Positions 9,759-18,714 of a DNA stretch of 64,000 nt are shown here, piece by piece. Location of the stretch: the NCBI GenBank assembly GCA_043826565.1, contig JBDRPX010000028.1:16607-80606 (forward strand), written 5' to 3'. Numbering within the stretch: the first letter of the stretch is position 1; each line of letters opens with the position of its first letter. The notes beneath the pieces are model-generated. The model was not told the origin of the DNA. It did not search any database and saw only the letters and a list, made by a program, of their open reading frames with translations. The translations under genes and the position numbers were made by a program. Source of the DNA: Candidatus Omnitrophota bacterium (GTDB lineage: Bacteria; Omnitrophota; Gorgyraeia; B26-G9).

Positions 9759-10624
9759 GAAAATATATTATATCTTTAATGTTATTAATATTTATATGCT
9801 TAACGGCAGTTTTTTGTCAGGGACAGGGAATGATTAAAGGCAAAATTGCTTATTCGGGGTTTACCGACGGATATTGGCAGATTTGGGTTATGGATTGCGC
9901 GGCAAAGTCTGCAGTTCAGCTGACCTCATCAAAGGTTGATAAAAAGACCCCGGTTTGGTCTCCGGAAGGAAAGAGAATTATTTATCGTACCAGCAACGGT
10001 GAATTTTTTCTGATTGATGTCGAAAGTAAAGAAGAAAAAAGAATATTTTCTAAGTTGGGATATCTGGTTGATCCATCATGGATTAGCTTAGAACGGATTC
10101 TTTTCGCGCGCTATCGTAGTGACTTAAAAGATGACAGTGATATTTGGAGCGCTGATCTTAATGGAGCCGGCGTAAAAGTAATAAATGAGGATTTGGGATT
10201 GCAGTACTTTCCGGCGATTTCTCCGGATGGGGAAAAAATAGTATATGTTTCCGGGAAAAAAGCGCATGAACATGATATTTGGGTTATGAATAAAAACGGG
10301 CAGGATAAAGTTCTGCTTGTTCAAAAATACGGCTATGACATTTGTCCGCGCTGGTCTCCTGACGGAAAGAGTATTGTGTTTGTTTCCGACCGTACGGGAA
10401 GCTATGAGATTTGGATAATGAATGCGGACGGAAGTAATCAAACGCAGTTTACCCGTACCAAAGGGTATAATAATAATCCGGCTTGGTCTCCTGACGGAGA
10501 AAGAATAGTATTTGTATCCAATGCCGGCGGGGATTTGCAGTTATGGGTAATGGATAAAGATGGCAATAATGCGGTACAGATAACAAGAGGCGCGGAATGC
10601 GTAGATCCGGCGTGGTGTTTGTAG
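9755..10624 (+). CDS. TolB-like six-bladed beta-propeller (PD40 repeats), secreted
   Basis: Repeated PxWSPDGxxIxFxS motifs; signal peptide; ATGA overlap with the upstream gene; no TolB N-terminal domain. Confidence 0.88.
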   Translation: MRKYIISLMLLIFICLTAVFCQGQGMIKGKIAYSGFTDGYWQIWVMDCAAKSAVQLTSSKVDKKTPVWSPEGKRIIYRTSNGEFFLIDVESKEEKRIFSKLGYLVDPSWISLERILFARYRSDLKDDSDIWSADLNGAGVKVINEDLGLQYFPAISPDGEKIVYVSGKKAHEHDIWVMNKNGQDKVLLVQKYGYDICPRWSPDGKSIVFVSDRTGSYEIWIMNADGSNQTQFTRTKGYNNNPAWSPDGERIVFVSNAGGDLQLWVMDKDGNNAVQITRGAECVDPAWCL

Positions 10625-10663
10625 GGACAATCTGGAAGAGGTGAGAGTATTAACACAAATAAT

Positions 10664-11788
10664 ATGCGTAGAATAATTTTTTTACCATTAATAGTAATGA
10701 TTGTAAGCGGCTGTGCCGCAAGACAGATGACTGTAAAAGAAGACCTTTATCCTGAACAAAGGTTTACGATATCTAATGTCTCGGCCAAGCCAAAGACTAT
10801 TAACAATACAAAAAGTCAGCGAGTAAAAATAGAATATTCGCTTTCGCAAGACGCGGAGGTTTCTGTTGATATATATGACAGTGATGACCGGTGGATAAAC
10901 TCAATTAAAAAAGACGTGACGGAAAAAGCCGGTAAAAATTTAGTAAAATGGGATGGTAAAGATAGTAATGAAGAACTTGTGCCTAGCGGCGCGTATATTT
11001 ATGTGATCAAAGCCAAGGATAATGCTGGTAAAAAAACAAAGTACGATCCTGCGGACATTAGTAAAGGCATCGGATTAAGTGAGCGGGAACTTATCTATAA
11101 TAAGGAAAAGAATAAAGTGCGATATATTCTTCCCCGGGCGGCAAGGGTTCTGATTCGCGCGGGTATTAAAGAAGGCCCGCTTCTAAAAACATTGGCAGAT
11201 TGGGAGCCGCGGGAAGCGGGTAAAAATTCCGAGGGTTGGGATGGCCAGGACAATGCCGGGAATTTAATAACTCAACATCCTGATTTTACTTTGTTTCTTT
11301 CCGCGTATTCTTTGCCGGATAACAGTATTATTGTAAAAAACAATAATAAAGGATTTGAATATGAATGTGCTTTTGAATTAAAAACAGAGCAGCCCCGGAG
11401 AGTCCCGCGGAATGTTACCGGAATAATCTTGCATCCTAGTGCAAAGCAAAGCTGCCGAAAAACCCGAGTGCCGCGTTTTAGTATTGAATTCCCAGAAGCA
11501 GACCATGATGAAAAAAGTGTTCCGGTTATTGCTGGTCCTACGACAATTAGGCTTAGTTGTGATGAACAGGATAAGCATCTGCTGGTTGAATCCCGTTTTG
11601 AAATCATTTGCTATATTGATAATATATTTTATTTTGAAGAGGAACAGGGTTTTACACCGTTTAATTACCGCTGGGATCCTCAGGGAATGACAGCTGGAGA
11701 ACATATTGTAACGTTTAATCTGCAAAGTTATACCGGAGCTGTGGGTACTAAAAGTTTAAAGGTTAGAATAAAAGGAAGAAAACAATAA
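10664..11788 (+). CDS. Lipoprotein with tandem FlgD-Ig-like domains and a C-terminal Ig domain
   Basis: Lipobox VSG-C; two 'AG.N...WDG.D' motifs; C-terminal 'YRWD....GEH.VT' Ig-type motif. Confidence 0.8.
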   Translation: MRRIIFLPLIVMIVSGCAARQMTVKEDLYPEQRFTISNVSAKPKTINNTKSQRVKIEYSLSQDAEVSVDIYDSDDRWINSIKKDVTEKAGKNLVKWDGKDSNEELVPSGAYIYVIKAKDNAGKKTKYDPADISKGIGLSERELIYNKEKNKVRYILPRAARVLIRAGIKEGPLLKTLADWEPREAGKNSEGWDGQDNAGNLITQHPDFTLFLSAYSLPDNSIIVKNNNKGFEYECAFELKTEQPRRVPRNVTGIILHPSAKQSCRKTRVPRFSIEFPEADHDEKSVPVIAGPTTIRLSCDEQDKHLLVESRFEIICYIDNIFYFEEEQGFTPFNYRWDPQGMTAGEHIVTFNLQSYTGAVGTKSLKVRIKGRKQ

Positions 11789-14700
11789 TGAGAATTTACG
11801 CGAAAAAATTTAAAATACTATCCTTATTTATTATTATATGTTTTTTGTTTAATACTACAGTGGCTCCCTACGCGTATGCTTCACATTTAGGAGCTTGGGA
11901 TGATCATATCGGAATTCCCGGGCCGGATGTTCCTCCGCCCTATAATCCGGATAATCCGGATAATCCGGATGCGCCGCCATGCAATCCTTCGCCGCCGCCG
12001 CCGCCGGACATGTGTCCAAATCCGGAATCTCCGCCGGATCCCGGAGATGAGGATAAGAGCGAATGTACCGGAGGAGAACCGGTGTCTTTATATGACGGCA
12101 GTTTTTATTACCGGCATACCGACCTGGAAATTCCGGGAAGGATGTCTCTTTCTCTAAAAAGAGCCTATGATACCCGAAGTACCTATAACGGAGTTTTCGG
12201 ATACGGCTGGTCATTTAACTTTCATACGCGTTTATTTAAGGTATCTGACGGCACATTACTGCTTAAGCGCGGAGATAATACCGAAGATACATTTACCTAT
12301 GACAATGTAACAGGTAATCATCTTAGCCCTTTGGGTAAATACGAAACAATCATTTCTAATTCAGATGGTACCTATGTTTTAAAAAGTAAATATGGGTCAA
12401 AGTATCATTTTGATATTAATGGAGTCCTGGTAAAGATGGAAAATACAAAGGGCAACCAGATATTCTTAAGTTATGACCCGGCAGGCAAACTGCCGATTAG
12501 CGGCATATCTCCCTATTCAAACATAACCAATTCGATTGTGATCGGATATGACTACCGCTTGATAAAGATAGAAGAAGCGCAGAATGATATTCCCAGCGGA
12601 AGGTTTATAGAATTTTTCTATAATAATGACGGACGAATTATAAAGGCTAAAGATTTTACGGACAGAGAAGTTATCTATACCTATGATCCCAGCGGGAACG
12701 GAGATCTGCTGTCTGTGCAGGATCCGGAAGGTAATCTTTATGAATATGTCTATGATGAACACCGGATTGCTGTATTTTCCGATACAGCCAGCTGCAGCGG
12801 ATGCGGGGGATTGGGCGGCGGAGTGCATATAAACACCTATGATGACCAAAAGCGGATAAGCCGGCAGGTACATGGGAATAATATTGTGGATATAGAATAC
12901 ATTGTTCCTTATGAAAAAACCAAAGTAACTACGAGTATCTATAATGACGAAACCGAAGAATTTTTGCATACCCGGTATGAATATTTTGAATTTGATGAAG
13001 ATGGCTATACAATTAAACAAACCCGGCAGATGGGTGATTTTCTTGATGAAGACGGCGGCACAGAAAACGATGATATTATAAAAGAGATGGTTTATAATAA
13101 CGCGAAGAAAGTCGAGTCAAAGACCTATGCGCAAGGGAATGCTGTAGATTATACCTATGATGATAAGGGCAATATCCTGACCAAGACAGTGACATTAGAA
13201 GACGGAACTATTGTAACTACGCGGTATACTTATGAACCTAATAACAGTAAAGCAATGTCCAAAGAGATTACTTCTACGGATACTTCACAAACATACCGCA
13301 AGGAATATACGCGTTATGCTGACGGCAGTATCCACGAAGAAAAGACAATATTAGATGATACAACTACTTATACAACAACCTACACTTATACAGCTCAGGG
13401 AGATATTGATACTATAATTGATCCCAGAGGCAATACAATTAAACATGAGTATAATGGATATGGTTATCTTACCCGTGTCTATGACCCGAATAATCCAAGT
13501 CATCAGACATTATATGGTTATAATGATGTGGGCAATCGCGTATCCATGACTGATGCAAATAATAATACTTCAACTTTTACTTATGATAAACTCAACCGGA
13601 TTACAAAGATCACGACGCCTAAAAATGAAGAAACAATATATACCTGGGAAGGCACAAACTTAATCCAGATTGAAACCGGAAAATTAGGGGCGCAGGAAGG
13701 CCGGATTACGCAAATAGAATATGATGATTTAAACCGGAAAACCGCGATAAAACAGAAAAACGACAGTGCTGTTTTTGTAACTATGGCGGCTTATACTTAT
13801 GACTCCGAAGGTAAAGTTTTAACCACTACCGACGCATTAGGACATACTACGGCAAATAGTTATGATGTGATGGGGAGGCTGATACAGGTTACAAGCCCCC
13901 TGTCGCAGGCCACAAGTTATGAATATGATAAAAATAGTAATCTTATCGCTGTAATTGATGCCAATAACAATACTACAGAATATGAATATGACAAAACCAG
14001 CCGGCTTAGTAAAGTAATTCAATATGAAGGTACTGCTCCCATAGAGACAAGCTATATTTATGATTTTCAGGGGAACATTAAAACTATTACTGACGCGGAA
14101 ACTCACACAACTACTAATATCTATGATAATCTGGGCAGGCTGATACAAGTCACAAGTCCCATGTCACAAGTCACAAGTTATGAATATGATGCTAACGGAA
14201 ATCTAACTAAGAAAACAGACGCGAAAAATCAGGTTATTGAATATGAATATAATGCCTATAATCAGCTAACGCATGTTTATTATGGGGGGAAAACATCACC
14301 AATAAAGACAGTAGCTTTTACTTATGATGATGTGGGCAACATGGAAACCTGGAGCGATGGGGCTTATTCAGCAACGTATATATATGATGAATTAAATAGA
14401 GTCCTTAATGTTGCTACACAATATCCATTGGGCACAAAGACTGTATCGTATACATATGACCGGTTCGGGAACAAAGCTACACTGATATATCCGGATGCGC
14501 TGGGTGCGGTGACGTATAGTTATGATGCGTTTAATAGGTTAGTGCAGGTCACAGGTCCCATGTCGCAAGTCACAGGTTATGAATACGACAACTCTGGGCG
14601 GCTTCTAAGTAAGACTTTGCCCAATGGAGTTTATACGGATTATGGGTATGATGATGCAAATAGGCTGACGAGCTTGGTGAATAAGAAAAGTGACGCGAGT

Positions 14701-16008
14701 GTGATTAGTTCATTTAGTTATACGCATGATGGGGTGGGTAACAGAGTACAGACTATAGACCATAGACCATCGACCATGGACTATACCTATGATGATGTGT
14801 ATAGGTTAAAGCAGGTGGATGAGGATACGGTAACCACAGAGACGTATAGTTATGATAATGTAGGGAATCGGGAGACAAGTGTAGCACATAGTGATTGGAT
14901 GTATGATTCGGAAAATAAATTGCAATCTTACAACGGAATAACGTATAATTATGATAACAACGGAAATCTTATTTCAAAAGACGATAATGGTTCTTTGACT
15001 ACGTATAGTTGGGATTATGAGAATAGGTTAACAGGTGTTATTAATGCATCGAATATCAGCTATAGTTATGATCCTTTTGGGAAGCGAATAAGTAAGACTG
15101 TTGATGGAGTAACAAAGTACTATTTATATGATTCAGAAGATATCATTGTTGAGTATGATGCTGGAGGTGTTGTGGTAGCGCATTATGTGCATGGACAGGG
15201 AATAGATGAGCCGATTTCGATGACTCGAAATTCCAATACTTACTATTACACTATGGATGGATTAGGGTCAGTAAGAGGTTTGACGGATAATATAGAAGCA
15301 GTAGTTGAAAGTTATGAATATGATTCTTTTGGCAATCTTAAATCACAGCCGGCAACTGGGAATCCTTATACATACACATCAAGAGAATATGATGCAGAAA
15401 CGGAGCTTTATTTTTACCGGGCACGGTATTATGATAGTAGTGTAGGGAGGTTTATCAGCGCGGATATTATTGGATTTTTTGGGGGTATTAATTTTTATAC
15501 ATATGTAGAAAACAATCCGATATTAAGATTGGATGTATTTGGTTTAGCATGGACAACGATTGACTTTATATATCATTTTTATCGGGGTGGGGGGACAACT
15601 GTTGATATATCTACTGTAGGATTGCTAGAAAGATATAAAATGGATTCTTCCGTTGGGGTAGTGCGTAGTTTTTCGGAAATGGAAGTCAAAATTAAAACTA
15701 GAAGTTTTTATCAAACACTAAATGGAGGTGAGTCTGGAGACTTTAAAGTTTCTGGGGCAGGCCTAGTATATGTTACTACGATTTATGTATTGGCGGGGGG
15801 GTATTTAAATTATAATGGGAACTGCGTGGCAGTTAAAGACAAAAATTGTGAATGTGTGACAACTGTTTGTGAAATGTCATATAATTTTAGAGATACTTTT
15901 ACAGATCCCTTAGATACTGGGAAAGATTATGGCGGGACTAAATATGATATTATTGGTTCTTGGAAGGATACCTATTCTTATAAATACTGTCCGAGGGGTG
16001 AGAAATGA
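11788..16008 (+). CDS. Rhs/YD-repeat polymorphic toxin with Sec signal peptide, Pro-rich linker, DUF6531-like domain and ~153-aa C-terminal toxin domain
   Basis: GEPVSLYDG..TDL..FGYGW motif; many YxYD repeats; core YTSREYDAETELYFYRARYYD..GRFIS..NNP..DVFGL; TAATG coupling. Confidence 0.93.
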   Translation: MRIYAKKFKILSLFIIICFLFNTTVAPYAYASHLGAWDDHIGIPGPDVPPPYNPDNPDNPDAPPCNPSPPPPPDMCPNPESPPDPGDEDKSECTGGEPVSLYDGSFYYRHTDLEIPGRMSLSLKRAYDTRSTYNGVFGYGWSFNFHTRLFKVSDGTLLLKRGDNTEDTFTYDNVTGNHLSPLGKYETIISNSDGTYVLKSKYGSKYHFDINGVLVKMENTKGNQIFLSYDPAGKLPISGISPYSNITNSIVIGYDYRLIKIEEAQNDIPSGRFIEFFYNNDGRIIKAKDFTDREVIYTYDPSGNGDLLSVQDPEGNLYEYVYDEHRIAVFSDTASCSGCGGLGGGVHINTYDDQKRISRQVHGNNIVDIEYIVPYEKTKVTTSIYNDETEEFLHTRYEYFEFDEDGYTIKQTRQMGDFLDEDGGTENDDIIKEMVYNNAKKVESKTYAQGNAVDYTYDDKGNILTKTVTLEDGTIVTTRYTYEPNNSKAMSKEITSTDTSQTYRKEYTRYADGSIHEEKTILDDTTTYTTTYTYTAQGDIDTIIDPRGNTIKHEYNGYGYLTRVYDPNNPSHQTLYGYNDVGNRVSMTDANNNTSTFTYDKLNRITKITTPKNEETIYTWEGTNLIQIETGKLGAQEGRITQIEYDDLNRKTAIKQKNDSAVFVTMAAYTYDSEGKVLTTTDALGHTTANSYDVMGRLIQVTSPLSQATSYEYDKNSNLIAVIDANNNTTEYEYDKTSRLSKVIQYEGTAPIETSYIYDFQGNIKTITDAETHTTTNIYDNLGRLIQVTSPMSQVTSYEYDANGNLTKKTDAKNQVIEYEYNAYNQLTHVYYGGKTSPIKTVAFTYDDVGNMETWSDGAYSATYIYDELNRVLNVATQYPLGTKTVSYTYDRFGNKATLIYPDALGAVTYSYDAFNRLVQVTGPMSQVTGYEYDNSGRLLSKTLPNGVYTDYGYDDANRLTSLVNKKSDASVISSFSYTHDGVGNRVQTIDHRPSTMDYTYDDVYRLKQVDEDTVTTETYSYDNVGNRETSVAHSDWMYDSENKLQSYNGITYNYDNNGNLISKDDNGSLTTYSWDYENRLTGVINASNISYSYDPFGKRISKTVDGVTKYYLYDSEDIIVEYDAGGVVVAHYVHGQGIDEPISMTRNSNTYYYTMDGLGSVRGLTDNIEAVVESYEYDSFGNLKSQPATGNPYTYTSREYDAETELYFYRARYYDSSVGRFISADIIGFFGGINFYTYVENNPILRLDVFGLAWTTIDFIYHFYRGGGTTVDISTVGLLERYKMDSSVGVVRSFSEMEVKIKTRSFYQTLNGGESGDFKVSGAGLVYVTTIYVLAGGYLNYNGNCVAVKDKNCECVTTVCEMSYNFRDTFTDPLDTGKDYGGTKYDIIGSWKDTYSYKYCPRGEK

Positions 16009-16415
16009 TTAAAAAATTTTTTATTGAATTTTTGTATTTTATTTTTGGCTCAATAATTACTTCAACATTATTTGTTATTATGCATAATTATTTTGCTAAT
16101 TATAATAATATGCCATTTTTCATAATTCTGATATTTCGAATAATAGATATATTTATTATCGGTTTTCCTGCTTTTGTGATCGCATTCCTGTGTTATATAT
16201 TAAGGAAACAAAAAGACTTTATCGATTCAAGTTGGTTCTTGGTGGGGTGTTTGTGGGCAGCGGTTTTAATAACAATAAAAAATATGCCTAACTTTTCTGA
16301 AAGATCGTTGTATCTATACGGCAAATTAATGGTATATTTTTTGCCAATGGTATTCAGCTATTTGATTGTTTTCCTTTTAAATCTTATTAGAATTAAGATT
16401 TTGGAGAAAAATTAA
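16005..16415 (+). CDS. Membrane protein, candidate cognate immunity protein
   Basis: ATGA overlap with the Rhs stop; ~4 hydrophobic segments; very AT-rich. Confidence 0.65.
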   Translation: MIKKFFIEFLYFIFGSIITSTLFVIMHNYFANYNNMPFFIILIFRIIDIFIIGFPAFVIAFLCYILRKQKDFIDSSWFLVGCLWAAVLITIKNMPNFSERSLYLYGKLMVYFLPMVFSYLIVFLLNLIRIKILEKN

Positions 16416-16466
16416 TGTCAGCTCTCCACCTTCCACTATAGGGTTATAATAAGGGGGCAGGGGATA

Positions 16467-16694
16467 ATGGTAAAAATTATTTTAGCTATAATATTAGTTT
16501 TATTTGGAATAATGATTATAATTAGGCATAATAAAGTTGCAAAAGTTTTAGAAGATTTCTATAAAAAATATCCTTTTATAAGGTACGCGTCTGATAAACA
16601 GTTTAAAATGCGTCCAATTTTTATTATAAGTGTAGGCGTTACGATTATATTTATCGGGATTATTGCGTTTGTGGACATTGTGAACTACCTATGA
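16467..16694 (+). CDS. Small two-TM membrane protein
   Basis: Two hydrophobic segments; purine-rich RBS upstream. Confidence 0.55.
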   Translation: MVKIILAIILVLFGIMIIIRHNKVAKVLEDFYKKYPFIRYASDKQFKMRPIFIISVGVTIIFIGIIAFVDIVNYL

Positions 16695-16716
16695 TTAATG
16701 GAATGTGAAATAGTAG

Positions 16717-17121
16717 ATGAAACTCTTAAAAACAATCCCAATTTTACTTATATTTTTTTGCCTTGCCAGTCAGTTAGCTTTTGCCCAGCCTGCTGAAGTT
16801 GTATTTGAACAATATAAGGAAGCGGTTGAGCAGGGGAATGATGGGTTATATGGATCTTTTGCAACACAGGCTTCTGTGCAAAAAGGATATCATAAACTTA
16901 GCGCTGGTCAACGAAAAGCGGTTTTATCCTGTATCAAAGATAATAGCTATGCGGTTGAGAATAGAACTGATAATGAAGCTATTATTACTTTTTCCGATAG
17001 CCGGAATGGAAAAGCTAATCCGTATATTTTTACCAAAGAAAACGGCGAGTGGAAAATAGATTTTGTGGAGATGAGTAAGCGGATTGTTTTTGATAAAAAT
17101 GATAAATGGAGATGGCGTTAA
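16717..17121 (+). CDS. Small secreted protein, possibly NTF2-like
   Basis: Signal peptide ending AFA; 'FTKENGEWKID' motif. Confidence 0.6.
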   Translation: MKLLKTIPILLIFFCLASQLAFAQPAEVVFEQYKEAVEQGNDGLYGSFATQASVQKGYHKLSAGQRKAVLSCIKDNSYAVENRTDNEAIITFSDSRNGKANPYIFTKENGEWKIDFVEMSKRIVFDKNDKWRWR

Positions 17122-17492
17122 AGAATTTCACCTTTAATTTCAATAGTAATGAATGAATTTTTTGTTTGTTCTAATTTTAAAAATAAATATTTACGGAATT
17201 TTCCTGGTTTTAGAGTGGTTGTGTTAAGCTGTAAGGTAAGTTTGAGAGATTCATTTGGATTGATTGTGTGTATCGTATTATCGTAAACAATAGTAATACA
17301 GTTGCAGGATGAGCGCACTTTTTTTAAGATAATAGTGTTGTCCTCATTATTTTTTATAGTGAGGACTTTTTTATAAACAACTTCATCTTGTTGAATTTCG
17401 CCAAAATTAATGTTTTTTGGTGTTATTTCAACAGCATAAGCTATGTTTGTTGTTAGTAATGTGAAACATATAAGTAAAGTTAGTTTTTCCAT
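17118..17492 (-). CDS. DUF1573-type Ig-like secreted protein
   Basis: 'INFGEI...IKN...SSCNCIT...INPNES.KL' motif; signal peptide; GGAG RBS. Confidence 0.75.
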   Translation of the reverse strand: MEKLTLLICFTLLTTNIAYAVEITPKNINFGEIQQDEVVYKKVLTIKNNEDNTIILKKVRSSCNCITIVYDNTIHTINPNESLKLTLQLNTTTLKPGKFRKYLFLKLEQTKNSFITIEIKGEIL

Positions 17493-17531
17493 TTGGTCTC
17501 CTTGTTATAATTATAAGGAATTACACAAGTT

Positions 17532-18701
17532 ATGCAATATATTTTTAGGTATAAGATTAAAAAATTTGTTCTTGGCATTTTGATATTGAGTTTATTACTT
17601 GTTGCTAAAGGGTATAGCACAGAACCTTTAAAAGTATATTTGTTTGCTTCTTCAACATGTGAAGAATGCCGCCAGTTAAAAGAAGCAGTTATCCCGGAAG
17701 TCTTGGCAAAGTATAAAGATAAGGTTATTTTCGAGCATATTGCGGTTGATAATAAAGAAATGTTTGAACTGCAGTTGCTTTATGAGGAAGAGTTTGAGGA
17801 TGATTCTGATTCTAGTGTGAAGCTGTTTGTGGGCACACAATGTTTAGCTGGAGTTAAAGCAATAAAGAATAATTTAGATAGGGTATTATCTGAGGAATTC
17901 GGGAAAGGAACTGATACCATATCTCCGGATCAGATCTTAGCAAAACGTAGTGAGGGTATGATTAAACAGCGTTTTTCTTCTTTTAGCCCGATTTTAGTAG
18001 CAAGTGCCGGTTTAATAGACGGGGTTAATCCTTGCGCTTTTGTGACCCTGGTATTTTTTATTTCTGTATTATCCTTACTTAAAAAATCCAAAAAAGAAAT
18101 ATTATTTGTGGGATTGGCTTTCTCAATTGTTGTGTTTTTGACATATCTATTGTTGGGAATCGGAGTATTGCATGCAGTGAAAATTATATCGGTGAATGCA
18201 GGTATCGCCAAAGGTATTACAGTATTAGTTGGTATTATTGCTTTGATCCTGGCTTTTTTTAGTTTTTTGGATTGTGCGCGTTATTATATCAGTAAAAAAT
18301 CTTCAGATATTAGTCTAAAACTGCCGAAGATGATACGCAATATAATTAATCGTTTAATCAGCTCAAAAATGAGAACAAGGAATATTGTGTTTGCGGCTAT
18401 TGGCTTGGGAGTTATGGTCTCTTTACTGGAGTCAATGTGTACAGGCCAGGTTTATTTACCGACAATTATGTATGTACTGCAGGATAAAACATTAAACCTT
18501 AAGGCAATATCTTATTTGATTTTGTATAATCTGATGTTTATTGTGCCGTTGCTTATTGTGTTTTTATTTGCTTATATCGGAATAAGTTCACAGAAGATTA
18601 CTGCATTATTTACCCGAAATATCGGAATGATTAAATTTTTAATGGGGTTATTGTTTTTAGTAATGGGAAGTGTTTTAATATATAAGAGTTATGTTTTTTA
18701 A
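17532..18701 (+). CDS. Exported thioredoxin-like (CEEC) domain fused to a CcdA/DsbD-like membrane domain
   Basis: CxxC near the N-terminus; DGVNPCAF and ESMCTGQVYLP membrane Cys motifs; multiple TM helices. Confidence 0.78.
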   Translation: MQYIFRYKIKKFVLGILILSLLLVAKGYSTEPLKVYLFASSTCEECRQLKEAVIPEVLAKYKDKVIFEHIAVDNKEMFELQLLYEEEFEDDSDSSVKLFVGTQCLAGVKAIKNNLDRVLSEEFGKGTDTISPDQILAKRSEGMIKQRFSSFSPILVASAGLIDGVNPCAFVTLVFFISVLSLLKKSKKEILFVGLAFSIVVFLTYLLLGIGVLHAVKIISVNAGIAKGITVLVGIIALILAFFSFLDCARYYISKKSSDISLKLPKMIRNIINRLISSKMRTRNIVFAAIGLGVMVSLLESMCTGQVYLPTIMYVLQDKTLNLKAISYLILYNLMFIVPLLIVFLFAYIGISSQKITALFTRNIGMIKFLMGLLFLVMGSVLIYKSYVF

Positions 18702-18714
18702 AGGAGGGGAGAGC

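Noticed and set aside
9755-10624. Calling this gene tolB
   Set aside because: Lacks the TolB N-terminal domain and there are no tolQRA/pal neighbours.
2262-11788. Flagellar locus because of FlgD-like domains
   Set aside because: Only the generic Ig-like module is present; no flagellar genes in the window.
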